Source: Thermoplasmata archaeon
GTDB taxonomy: Archaea; Thermoplasmatota; E2; DHVEG-1
Reading direction: 5' to 3'
Length of the DNA: 64,000 nt
NCBI GenBank assembly: GCA_020054495.1
Contig: JAHWGK010000006.1
Span: 4,829-68,828, forward strand
The notes under the pieces were generated by a model. The model worked only from the letters and a program-made list of their open reading frames with translations, was not told where the DNA came from and searched no databases. Positions 28,862 to 38,020 of the stretch are shown here, one piece after another (position 1 is the first letter of the stretch; each line of letters starts with the position of its first letter). A program made the translations under genes and the position numbers.

Positions 28862-29299
28862 TTAATTCCTCCCTAGAAATTCAGTTTTCATAAAATTAAT
28901 CAATTTTTCAAAATCATTCTCATAAGTAATAATTGTATTTTTCCTTTCTTTTATTCCTCCAATTCTTATTTTTGGGATATTATCATCATTTGCTCCTTCA
29001 ATTATAATAATATCATATTTTCCCAAGGATTTAATAACGTTAACAATCTCACTGTTATTCATATTTTGTTTTAGTAAAAAATCAGTTTCGTTTTCTGAAG
29101 AAAAAACAACAAGATTTGCACCGGCCTGTGCATGTTTCCAAGTGTCTTTTCCTTCTGAATCGATACTAATTTTTTTATCAGATATTTTTACAGATGCAAC
29201 ATTAAATCCTTCTTTAGACAAGCGGTTAATCATTTCAACAATAAGTGTTGTTTTTCCAGTGCCAGATTCGCCATACAGTCCAATTATTGATGGATTCAT
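28862..29299 (-). CDS. mobB: Molybdopterin-guanine dinucleotide biosynthesis protein MobB
   Basis: GESGTGKTT P-loop, D.EGKDTWKH..AGA and IIIEG motifs. Confidence 0.9.
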   Translation of the reverse strand: MNPSIIGLYGESGTGKTTLIVEMINRLSKEGFNVASVKISDKKISIDSEGKDTWKHAQAGANLVVFSSENETDFLLKQNMNNSEIVNVIKSLGKYDIIIIEGANDDNIPKIRIGGIKERKNTIITYENDFEKLINFMKTEFLGRN

Positions 29300-29351
29300 G
29301 AATTTAGTTAAACCATAAACTCAAAATAAATATTTTCGTTTACCTTTCTTA

Positions 29352-30278
29352 TTGATCGATTTGAAAATTAATAAGCCATATATTGGATTGTTTATTGCTA
29401 TTATCTCTGTTTCTACAGCAGCAATATTAATTAAAACTGTTTCTTTTCATGAGCAGTTCCCTCTGACAGTTGCATTCTATCGTCTTCTATTTACCACTTT
29501 GCTTGTTTTACCTTTTGTAATATTTAGAAAGAAAATTCGAAAAGAACTTACAGGTTTATCAAGAGAATCTATTTTAATTATGTTTATTATCGGTTTGCTT
29601 CTTGCTGCTCATTTTGCTTTTTGGGTTAGTAGTCTTGGAAAAACATCTGTTGCAAGCTCTGTTATTTTAGTCACAGCACATCCTTTGCTTGTTGGACCCG
29701 CTTCGCATTATTTCCTGAAGGAACGGCTATCCAAGGCAAATGTTATCGGTATTTTGTTATCGGTTTTTGGTGTAATTATTTTAATCTATGGGAATAATAG
29801 TTATGTTTCAGACACTATCGATACACTTGAAGGTAATATTCTTGCTATTCTTGGTGGAATTGCTGCAGGTTTATATATTTTAGGTGGTAGAAAAGTTCGA
29901 AAAAATGTTTCAGTATGGTCTTATGCTTTTGTTGTTTATACTATTGCGACTATTATTTTATTTTTACTTTGTTTGTTTTTACAGTCTCCTATTTATGGAA
30001 TTTCATCTGAGGATTACGCTCTTATTTTTATTATGGCAATATTTGCGGGCATTTTAGGTCATACTCTTTATAATTGGTCATTGGAGTACGTTCGTGCATC
30101 TATTGCTTCTGTTGTTTTACTAGGTGAACCCATTGGTTCGTCTATTCTCGCATTTGCATTACCTTGGATTAGTCAAATTCCATCAGAATATACAATAGTT
30201 GGAGGAGTCATTATTCTTGTTGGTATCTTTCTTACCGCAAGAAGAACCATGGAAGTTAAATCTCTAACAAACATTTAA
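29352..30278 (+). CDS. EamA/DMT family transporter
   Basis: S.AAILI, FYRL, TSVASS..LV, GH.LYNW.L and LGEPIGS motifs; about 10 TMs. Confidence 0.9.
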   Translation: MIDLKINKPYIGLFIAIISVSTAAILIKTVSFHEQFPLTVAFYRLLFTTLLVLPFVIFRKKIRKELTGLSRESILIMFIIGLLLAAHFAFWVSSLGKTSVASSVILVTAHPLLVGPASHYFLKERLSKANVIGILLSVFGVIILIYGNNSYVSDTIDTLEGNILAILGGIAAGLYILGGRKVRKNVSVWSYAFVVYTIATIILFLLCLFLQSPIYGISSEDYALIFIMAIFAGILGHTLYNWSLEYVRASIASVVLLGEPIGSSILAFALPWISQIPSEYTIVGGVIILVGIFLTARRTMEVKSLTNI

Positions 30279-30319
30279 AAACTTGATTTTATCTAAGATA
30301 TAGTAAAGGCATCTGGCAT

Positions 30320-31045
30320 ATGAAAAACATAGAGGAGCTAGTTTACAATGTTAAAAAATACAAAAATGCAGTAATTCAAGGTGAATTCAAAAGTAAAAAA
30401 AATGCAGTTGCATATGTAACTATTAATGATAAACCTCGTGTATTAAAATGGTTTGTACCAGGTTTAAAAAAACAAATGAAAACAGAATATGATATTCTCA
30501 AAAAAGGTTCATCAAAGCTTAACATACCATTTATTTTTGAAATGGATGGCGAAAATAACGTGTTGGTAACAAGTTATATTAATGGTGAAAATCTCTGTGA
30601 TCTTATAAATGATGAAAAAACTGCAACTAGTGAAAAAAAGAGATTAATGATTTTATTAGCTGAGTGGTTTGCCGAGTTTCACAATCATTTCAAGACAGGC
30701 AATCAATTTCGTATTCGTGGTGATTCTATTTTAAGGAACTTTATTCTTACTGATCGTATTTGGGGGGTAGATTTTGAAGAATCAAGAATGGGAAATGCTA
30801 TTGAAGATATTGTAGGAATGTGCTCATCTATTCTTAGTACAGATCCTATGTTTACATCTGAGAAATTTCAACTATGTGAAATATTCATAGAATCTTATAT
30901 AAAATTGGCCCCAGGGCGTATTGTAAATGTTAATGATGAGATAGCATATGCATTGCTTGAGAAGATACAATGGAGACCTGATGAAGAAGATACTCTTAGG
31001 AAATATAGTAAAAGAATAAGAGAAAAAGGACTAAAACAAGATTAA
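30320..31045 (+). CDS. Protein kinase-like fold protein (Bud32/RIO/APH-like)
   Basis: SKKN.V, VLKW, Y..GENL, RGDSILRNF catalytic loop, GVDFEE. Confidence 0.75.
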   Translation: MKNIEELVYNVKKYKNAVIQGEFKSKKNAVAYVTINDKPRVLKWFVPGLKKQMKTEYDILKKGSSKLNIPFIFEMDGENNVLVTSYINGENLCDLINDEKTATSEKKRLMILLAEWFAEFHNHFKTGNQFRIRGDSILRNFILTDRIWGVDFEESRMGNAIEDIVGMCSSILSTDPMFTSEKFQLCEIFIESYIKLAPGRIVNVNDEIAYALLEKIQWRPDEEDTLRKYSKRIREKGLKQD

Positions 31046-31087
31046 CTCAATGCCTATTATAGATAAGTTTTTTAACAAAACCGGCTT

Positions 31088-31158
31088 TGCTTCTAAAGTC
31101 AGTTTTTTGCTCCTAAAGCCCTATTTTTATTCCTAAAGTCTGCTCCTAAAGTCAGTTT
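31088..31158. repeat. Four degenerate direct repeats, consensus TGCTCCTAAAGTC
   Basis: Copies at 31088, 31108, 31128 (20-bp period) and 31141; intergenic. Confidence 0.75.
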
Positions 31159-31222
31159 AAGAACAAACCCAACAAAACCATTAAAAAGATATGTAGTATT
31201 TAGTTATTTGAGGGGAAAGATA

Positions 31223-31525
31223 ATGTCAGCGGAAGAAACAGTTGATGAATTGATTGATAAGGCAATTGATGAAGTACTCTCTAAACCTGGTAAAGATAGC
31301 GAAGATATCAATAAAAGAAAGCCAAAACCATTTAGATATCTGACTAATGAAGAAGAAATTCAAGCAGAGCTAACCCCCGAAGAGGCCCCTGCTAGCATAA
31401 TGAAAGAATCTACTGCAGCAAAGATCGTTGAAGATCAACTTGCAATATTAGGATTAGGTGACATAGATATTATTGAGAATGTAATTAGAAAGCATGAAGC
31501 TAGCAGGAAATTTAGAGAAAAATAA
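31223..31525 (+). CDS. Hypothetical acidic protein
   Basis: 100 aa ORF with GAGGGG RBS; no recognised motif. Confidence 0.7.
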   Translation: MSAEETVDELIDKAIDEVLSKPGKDSEDINKRKPKPFRYLTNEEEIQAELTPEEAPASIMKESTAAKIVEDQLAILGLGDIDIIENVIRKHEASRKFREK

Positions 31526-31607
31526 GCAGTTAATAAAGAATAATTTAAATTTATTTTTCAAGTCATAATTTTTATATAGACATTATGCTATCCGTGCACC
31601 GATAATT

Positions 31608-32009
31608 ATGGGGAAGGAAAAAATTATACCAATTTTAGCACTGATAATCCTAATAATAGGCGGAACATCCTCAGCATATGTTTATGCTACACAAATCGAC
31701 AAAGAGACTATATCAATTAATGGATATGAATACACGATTGATCAATTATTTTACATGGGGGAAGCAAAAACAATTGAAACAATGGAAGGAGAAAAAACAG
31801 GCGTTTCTCTTGAGGATCTGATTCCAAAGCTAGGCGTAGGTTGTCCATCCTGTCACGAATACACAATAATGGGAAAAGAGGGTTATCAAAAAACTGTTGA
31901 TTGGGATATTATGAAAACAGGAGTTTTGGCTGATATTAAAAAGGTTTATTTCCCTGATACTGCAAAGTCTTTTTGGGTAGGAGATATAGTTGAAATTGAG
32001 GTGAAATAA
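31608..32009 (+). CDS. Small exported protein, possibly molybdopterin-oxidoreductase-like fold
   Basis: N-terminal signal/TM; TGVSL..L, G.EGYQKTV.W and WV..IVEIEV pattern; first gene of the AOR operon. Confidence 0.65.
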   Translation: MGKEKIIPILALIILIIGGTSSAYVYATQIDKETISINGYEYTIDQLFYMGEAKTIETMEGEKTGVSLEDLIPKLGVGCPSCHEYTIMGKEGYQKTVDWDIMKTGVLADIKKVYFPDTAKSFWVGDIVEIEVK

Positions 32010-32010
32010 A

Positions 32011-32652
32011 ATGAAAAAATGGAAAGTTATCGCTGGAATTTTATTATTTGGTTCACTTTGGGGATTCTCTGAAGTAATAATTGGATCAACGATTCAAGAT
32101 GTAGGTTTACCAAGTGGGGCAATTATGACCGGTGTTTTTGCAATATTTTTCTTAGTGTCCAGTAGAATAATTTATCGCCAACCAGGTATGCAATTTGGTA
32201 TAGGTCTTGTTGCTGGTGGTTTAAGACTTTTTAACCCATTTGTCGGATGTCATTTATGTTCAGCTATCGCAATAATGGCTGAAGGTGCCATTTTTGAATT
32301 AATTTGGTATAGGATTTCATTTGATTTCAGTGAGCTAAAAACAACAATTATGCAGGGCAGCATGGGTATAATATCTGCTTATACCATTTTCGTTGGAGGG
32401 TATATTGTAACCCAGATTTTAACACCTATTGCAGATGGAGCAAATTTTTATATCGAAAACTTAATTGTTTTTATGCCTAATATACTTGCAAGAGGATTAA
32501 TTGCTGCTGTGATTGGAGGTATAGTTTTGCCAATCACAATTTTAACAAAGAAAATTGACATAACTATCAAAGATCGGTTATACTATCCTACCACAATTGG
32601 CCTATCTATATTATGTTGGTTCGTTGTAATTGGAAATTGGTTTGTGGCATAG
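32011..32652 (+). CDS. Membrane protein, ECF S-component-like
   Basis: About 6 TMs, 213 aa, G.LWG.SE...G N-terminal motif; 1 nt from the upstream gene. Confidence 0.6.
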   Translation: MKKWKVIAGILLFGSLWGFSEVIIGSTIQDVGLPSGAIMTGVFAIFFLVSSRIIYRQPGMQFGIGLVAGGLRLFNPFVGCHLCSAIAIMAEGAIFELIWYRISFDFSELKTTIMQGSMGIISAYTIFVGGYIVTQILTPIADGANFYIENLIVFMPNILARGLIAAVIGGIVLPITILTKKIDITIKDRLYYPTTIGLSILCWFVVIGNWFVA

Positions 32653-32661
32653 GCGGATATA

Positions 32662-33117
32662 ATGATGGATAAACTAAAAACTGTAAAGATCTTAAAGTTC
32701 CACCCTGAAAAATGTGATGGAAGCCTTGCATGCGAGAGAGCATGTTCACAGGTTCATTTTAAAACAGATGAGGGTGGTGACAAATCAGCAATCAGGATAT
32801 TAAAAAATGGAAATTCTTACAAGATGCATGTTTGTGACCAACGCGGTTTATGCTTAGATATGTGTCCTGTTGGAGCTCTTAATAGAAAAAAGAATGGAAT
32901 AGTCTGGCTTGATAAGGATATATGTATCGGTTGTCAGGCGTGTGTTGGTTTTTGTCCAATTGGTGCAATGAGAAAATCAGATGCAAGAATTGAACCTTTT
33001 AAATGTATCTCATGTGGTGCATGTGTTCGCGCCTGTCCAAATGGTGCACTTGAACTAATAGAAGTAAAAATCGATGATATAAAAAAAGTCGTTTATCATA
33101 AACAGGGGACAGAATAA
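32662..33117 (+). CDS. 4Fe-4S dicluster (polyferredoxin) subunit
   Basis: CIGCQACVGFCP, CISCGACVRACP and two degenerate cluster motifs. Confidence 0.92.
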   Translation: MMDKLKTVKILKFHPEKCDGSLACERACSQVHFKTDEGGDKSAIRILKNGNSYKMHVCDQRGLCLDMCPVGALNRKKNGIVWLDKDICIGCQACVGFCPIGAMRKSDARIEPFKCISCGACVRACPNGALELIEVKIDDIKKVVYHKQGTE

Positions 33118-35441
33118 TGGCTGAAGGACAAATTCCAATTGAAGAATATGAAACTGGAAATACTAAACATAAATGGGATTTGAAAAAACTCAAATTTGCT
33201 CATAGAGTTATTTTTGAATATAATTACAAAAAAGGCGAAATTAAAAGAGGATATGCGAATAGAACGTTATACCTCAATTTAACAAAGAAAGAGATCAAAG
33301 AAAAACCGGTCACAGAGGATATGAAAAAGAAATTCACAGGTGGCCGTGGTTTTGGACTTAAATTAATGTGGGCCTCTATCAAATCATCAACACGCTGGAA
33401 CAGTGATGAAAATGAGCTTTTAATTACAACCGGGCCATTATGTGGTACAACACAATATCCTGGTTCTGGTAAATCTCTTTGTTTAACTATATCCCCTTCA
33501 ACAGATATTATTTGTGATAGTAATGTGGGAGGATTCTTTGGCCCATATCTTAAATTTGCAGGATTTGACGCAATTGAAATACAAGGAAAAGCAAAACAAG
33601 ATGTTGTAATTGTTGTTGATGGGGAAAAAGGAAAAATCTCAGTTGAAACTGCACCTCTAGAGGAGACAAACTCACATCTGATAAATGAACAACTCACTCA
33701 TATGTATGCATCTGAAAATACTGATAAATCTAGACAAAAAGTTTCTGTCGTTTCAGCTGGAAAAGGAGCAGAACATAGTTATTGGGGCTGTTTGAATTTC
33801 TCATTTTATGATATTAGGAGAAAATTACCTCGTATGAAACAGGCTGGGCGGGGAGGACTTGGAACAGTTCTAAGAGACAAAAAGATCAAAGCAATAGTTA
33901 CTAAAATTGAAAAATTCGATGGTGTTTCAAATAATCCTGCTGATCCTATAGCTCTTGCTAAGGTTGGAACCAAACTACATCGTGAAATCAGGGATCTGGA
34001 TAGGCATCAATGCAATATGCGTGCTGTAGGAACCGTGCATCTTGTTGAAATTATGGATGAATATGATTTACTTCCGACAGAAAACTATCGTTTTGGAAGT
34101 TTTCCTAAAGCCTCTAAAATTTATTCACCTAAATTTTTCAAACACTTTACAAAAATTATTCCAGATGGCTGCTGGCATGGATGTACAATGGCATGTGCAA
34201 AAACTGTTGATGGATTCACTGTTATGACTGGGCCATATAAAGGACAAAAAACAACTGTTGATGGGCCAGAATATGAAACAGTAGCTTGTTGCTCTAATAT
34301 GAGCTTATGGGATCCACTATGGGTCCTTGAATTCAACTTTTATTGCGATACATATGGCCTTGATACAATATCAACTGGTACTGCAATTGCATTCTATATG
34401 GAAATGTATGAATATGGTATTTTAAACAAAGAAAGATGTGATGGTCTGGAGCTTTGTTTTGGTAATGGGGAAGCAGTCATGGAATTTATGCATCGTATTG
34501 CACAGGGCAACAAGGGAGAATTCACTAAAATTGCAGCAAAAGGTGCAAGGCGAGTTAAAGATTGGCTTATAAAAAATGCATGGGGTACTCCTCAGCTAAT
34601 TGAGGATTGCGGAATGGAGAGCAAAGGTCTTGAGTACTCTGAATATGTAACAAAGGAATCACTTGCTATGCAGGGGGGTTACGGACTCACATTAAAAGGC
34701 CCACAACATGATGAGGCATGGCTAATTTTCATGGATATGGTAAACAATGCAATACCAACATTTGAAGACAAAGCAGAAGCACTTCATTACTTTCCCATGT
34801 GGAGAACATGGTTTGGACTCAATGGTTTATGTAAACTTCCTTGGAATGATGTAGAACCTGCTAATAATGCAGAAACTGATGAACCATCAAAAGTTCCTGA
34901 ACATACCCAAAACTATGTAGAATACCAAAATGCGATAACCGGTTGGAATGTTGATAAAGAGGAACTAATTCTACAGAGTGAGCGATGTTACAACTGGCAG
35001 CGAGCAATGAATGTATGGCTGGGACGAGGTCGTAGAAAAGATGATTGGATTCCATATCGTTCAATGGGGCCAGTAACTGAGATGGAATATCTTTCAAGAA
35101 AAGATAGATATGATAAACAACTAGTTGAAAAATTAGGACATTCTGAAAAAGAAGTAGAAAAGATGAAAATAAAGGAGAAAATAGAACTCCTTTATGATTA
35201 CAGACAAGCTCAATATCAGAAACTCGCTGATGCTGTTTATTACAGGCGAGGATGGACTCCCAATGGTATTCCGACACCCCAAAAAATGAAACAGCTTGGA
35301 ATGGATGACCCCAAGATGTTAAAATTGCTCCAGGATAAAATTAATGAGGACGAAAAAGCTGGTCTGAATGTTTGGGGAGGAAAATACGGAAAAGGAGAAA
35401 AACCACCAAACATTCATCTTAAATATTGGGAGAAATGGTAA
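33117..35441 (+). CDS. aor: Tungsten-dependent aldehyde:ferredoxin oxidoreductase family protein
   Basis: GGRGFG, DSNVGGFFGPYLKFAGFDA, QAGRGGLG, C..C..AC, GPEYET, CDTYGLDTIS and YYRRGWT.NG.P motifs. Confidence 0.93.
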   Translation: MAEGQIPIEEYETGNTKHKWDLKKLKFAHRVIFEYNYKKGEIKRGYANRTLYLNLTKKEIKEKPVTEDMKKKFTGGRGFGLKLMWASIKSSTRWNSDENELLITTGPLCGTTQYPGSGKSLCLTISPSTDIICDSNVGGFFGPYLKFAGFDAIEIQGKAKQDVVIVVDGEKGKISVETAPLEETNSHLINEQLTHMYASENTDKSRQKVSVVSAGKGAEHSYWGCLNFSFYDIRRKLPRMKQAGRGGLGTVLRDKKIKAIVTKIEKFDGVSNNPADPIALAKVGTKLHREIRDLDRHQCNMRAVGTVHLVEIMDEYDLLPTENYRFGSFPKASKIYSPKFFKHFTKIIPDGCWHGCTMACAKTVDGFTVMTGPYKGQKTTVDGPEYETVACCSNMSLWDPLWVLEFNFYCDTYGLDTISTGTAIAFYMEMYEYGILNKERCDGLELCFGNGEAVMEFMHRIAQGNKGEFTKIAAKGARRVKDWLIKNAWGTPQLIEDCGMESKGLEYSEYVTKESLAMQGGYGLTLKGPQHDEAWLIFMDMVNNAIPTFEDKAEALHYFPMWRTWFGLNGLCKLPWNDVEPANNAETDEPSKVPEHTQNYVEYQNAITGWNVDKEELILQSERCYNWQRAMNVWLGRGRRKDDWIPYRSMGPVTEMEYLSRKDRYDKQLVEKLGHSEKEVEKMKIKEKIELLYDYRQAQYQKLADAVYYRRGWTPNGIPTPQKMKQLGMDDPKMLKLLQDKINEDEKAGLNVWGGKYGKGEKPPNIHLKYWEKW

Positions 35442-35446
35442 AAAAT

Positions 35447-36055
35447 ATGAATTTAGAAAAATCTGAGAAAATTAAGAAGAAATTAGGTAGATCTAGTGTC
35501 GGAATAGCCGGACTTGGGGGGCTTGGTTCAAACGCGGCTGTTGCTCTCGCTCGTGCGGGCATTGGAAAAATGATTCTTGTTGATTTTGACATAGTTGAGA
35601 AAAAAAATCTAACTAGACAATATTATTTTTTAGACCAGATTGGAAAACTAAAGGTAGATGCATTAAGAGAGAACTTAGAAAAAATCAATCCTGAAATAAT
35701 AATAGAAACTTACAATCTAAAATTAGAAAAAAATTCAATGGAAAAACCATTTATTGATGTCGATGTTGTAATTGAAGCTCTTGATCGCGCGGAGATAAAA
35801 GCAGCATTTATTGAAGAATCACTTTCAAAACTTCCAGATAAACATGTTGTCGCTGCTTCTGGTGTGGCAGGTTACGGGAATTCAGATAGAATTGTTACAA
35901 AACGCTTGGGTAATCTGTATATGTGTTATGATGAACACGCCTTATCAAGTGATGATGATGTGCTCATGGCTCCACGTGTTGCTCTTATGGCAAACTGGGA
36001 GGCAAATCTAGCACTTGAAATCATATTGGGTGAGGACAAGTGGGCATTGAAGTAA
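35447..36055 (+). CDS. thiF: Sulfur-carrier adenylyltransferase ThiF/MoeB family
   Basis: GIAGLGGLGS, DFD.VE..NL.RQ, IEALD and MAPRV motifs; precedes a ThiS-like gene. Confidence 0.88.
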   Translation: MNLEKSEKIKKKLGRSSVGIAGLGGLGSNAAVALARAGIGKMILVDFDIVEKKNLTRQYYFLDQIGKLKVDALRENLEKINPEIIIETYNLKLEKNSMEKPFIDVDVVIEALDRAEIKAAFIEESLSKLPDKHVVAASGVAGYGNSDRIVTKRLGNLYMCYDEHALSSDDDVLMAPRVALMANWEANLALEIILGEDKWALK

Positions 36056-36240
36056 ATGGTAGAAAAGTCGAGTGGGTTAAAAACGAAACCGTTAAATATC
36101 TCCTTAGGAGAATGAGATATACATTTCCACTTGTTGTCGTAAAAATAAATGACAAGATAATTCCCCGGAAAGATTTTTCAGATGTTATCGTGCCTGATAA
36201 TTCTAAGGTTGCTGTTATTCATATGATAAGTGGCGGCTAA
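36040..36240 (+). CDS. thiS: Sulfur-carrier protein ThiS/MoaD family
   Basis: 66 aa, VNG..., ends in ISGG. Confidence 0.88.
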   Translation: MGIEVNGRKVEWVKNETVKYLLRRMRYTFPLVVVKINDKIIPRKDFSDVIVPDNSKVAVIHMISGG

Positions 36241-36259
36241 AAAAATTATAGGATTCTTA

Positions 36260-37477
36260 CTAAGATTGTGTTTCCATTTTATAATATACAGTTGTAATAT
36301 AATCTCCTGGAATTTGACCAAATGGGATATTACATCTGTAATTCACATTATCAGTCGTTTTCACCGTATTATTATCATCTGCTCCAACAAATGTTGTTGA
36401 AGAACCGTAGAAATATATTGAGTTGTTTCCCTCAAAATTGTTAAATTGAGTCATATCTCCACCTTGTACCCATATAGTTTGATTAGACATATTTGCTGTA
36501 GGATGCGTCTTATGTAGTAATGCGTCTACATCAACTGATAAAGAATAATCTACATTTGACAGAGTATCAATAGTAATGTTAGATGCAACTGATGCATTTT
36601 CTCCTGGTGCCCCATGGATTGTTGGTATTCCTGCACTTTTTATCTGAGTATAAGAGTTTATTCCAAATTCGTCAACAACAAAGGTTGTTTTTGGACTTGA
36701 AGCTTGTTCTCCACTGTCCGTAACTGATATTAGAAAATTCCATGACCAAATATCATTAATTTCATTTTTTGTTTTATCCCAGCTATCATCTCCTGGTGCA
36801 TATCTAAACTGAAAACCAGGAATAAATGAAAAAGTTAGGTTACCGCATTCTGTTTCATTGGAGTTTCCATTAATATCCGCTTCAATTTTTTCTGTGAAGC
36901 TTACTTTGATTACTTCGTTATCTGGCCATAGCATAGTATAACTAGCAGCCCCAGTAGTGTTCTTATATCGCAAGAACATGTTTAGGTTTCCACCCTCTGT
37001 TTGATTATAAATAGTGCCATCATCACCATTGTCAAACCATGCTTGGATATCTATTTGTTCAATGTCATCCCATCCTTGGTGGCTACTGATGTTGATGCAA
37101 AATTTATACTCTTGCTTCACGTCAATCTTAGAGTTTAACATAGAAACGTCTGTTTTTGTTTGAAGATCATACCAATTAATTATCGGTTCGGTTTTATAGG
37201 ATGGTGGCACAGGAGGTCCTGGTGGCACAGGAGGTCCTGGTGGCACAGGAGGTTCTGGAGGTTCTGGGGGTTCTGGTTCTTCTTCTAGTGGGGTTGTTAA
37301 TTTAAGATACGTGTTGTTATCTGAGTCAAAGGTGACATCTGCTGCAAAAGCAGTTTCTATTATTGGAATTACAGCTATTGGGTTGTTAGAAGTAGTAAGT
37401 AATGTTAAAAATATTAGAAAGGTAGCGAAACTTTTCATTATTGTTTTTTCTACCTTTCTGTTCATTTCGCAAGCCAC
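36260..37477 (-). CDS. Secreted protein with proline-rich linker
   Basis: Signal-like N-terminus, PEPPEPPVPPGPPVPPGPPVPP, beta-rich body ending IPFGQIPGDYITTVYY. Confidence 0.8.
   Translation of the reverse strand: MACEMNRKVEKTIMKSFATFLIFLTLLTTSNNPIAVIPIIETAFAADVTFDSDNNTYLKLTTPLEEEPEPPEPPEPPVPPGPPVPPGPPVPPSYKTEPIINWYDLQTKTDVSMLNSKIDVKQEYKFCINISSHQGWDDIEQIDIQAWFDNGDDGTIYNQTEGGNLNMFLRYKNTTGAASYTMLWPDNEVIKVSFTEKIEADINGNSNETECGNLTFSFIPGFQFRYAPGDDSWDKTKNEINDIWSWNFLISVTDSGEQASSPKTTFVVDEFGINSYTQIKSAGIPTIHGAPGENASVASNITIDTLSNVDYSLSVDVDALLHKTHPTANMSNQTIWVQGGDMTQFNNFEGNNSIYFYGSSTTFVGADDNNTVKTTDNVNYRCNIPFGQIPGDYITTVYYKMETQS
37203..37280. repeat. Coding tandem repeat (18-bp unit GGTGGCACAGGAGGTCCT, then 9-bp variants)
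   Basis: Two perfect and one partial 18-mer encoding (GPPVPP)n on the minus strand. Confidence 0.85.
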
Positions 37478-37663
37478 CGTTCCTTTTATCTGTCGTGTTA
37501 AAAAAATTCACGACAAATATTATCATGTATATTGTTCACAAGTATCATTACTTAAAGCTTTGGTGGCAAAAAAACAAACTGTAAAAATTACAAAACGACA
37601 GATTGACACTAAAAATAAGAAAGCAAATCTAGATTAATTTCAGTTATAAGATATAAAATGTGT

Positions 37664-37967
37664 CTATTTTTTAATAGTTTTATTCATGAGAGTATAAACT
37701 GTAATAGTAAGAAGTGGTACAAAAACAATGAAAATGTACTCCTCAATCGGAATTCCAAAAATATTTCCTATGACCGTGTCCTGTGAGAAACTCCAAATTC
37801 CCAGCCTTACAGATAATTGATCCCAAATCACCCCCAGGATAAACAGTAAAAAAAAGAGAAATCGCTAGATTTTTGAAATTAATTCTATTCCGAAGGAAAT
37901 AAAGTAAAATCAGTGAGGGTATTATTGCAAAAAGTAGCATTAGCCCAATATAACTATAATTAGGCAT
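37664..37967 (-). pseudogene. Lycopene cyclase domain protein (CrtYc/Yd-like) with a frameshift in a T8 run
   Basis: Removing one T at 37848-37855 gives ...LFILGVIWDQLSVRLGIWSFSQDTVIGNIFGIPIEEYIFIVFVP..., with the WD, GIW.F and PIEE.F motifs. Confidence 0.75.
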
Positions 37968-38020
37968 ATTAAAAGAAAAACAAATAATATTTAATAAATT
38001 CTTGTATGAGTTCTATTTCG

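Noticed and set aside
31088..31158. Repeat array as a mini-CRISPR or ORB origin
   Set aside because: 13-bp units with 0-7 bp linkers, no cas or orc1/cdc6 gene nearby, no ORB consensus
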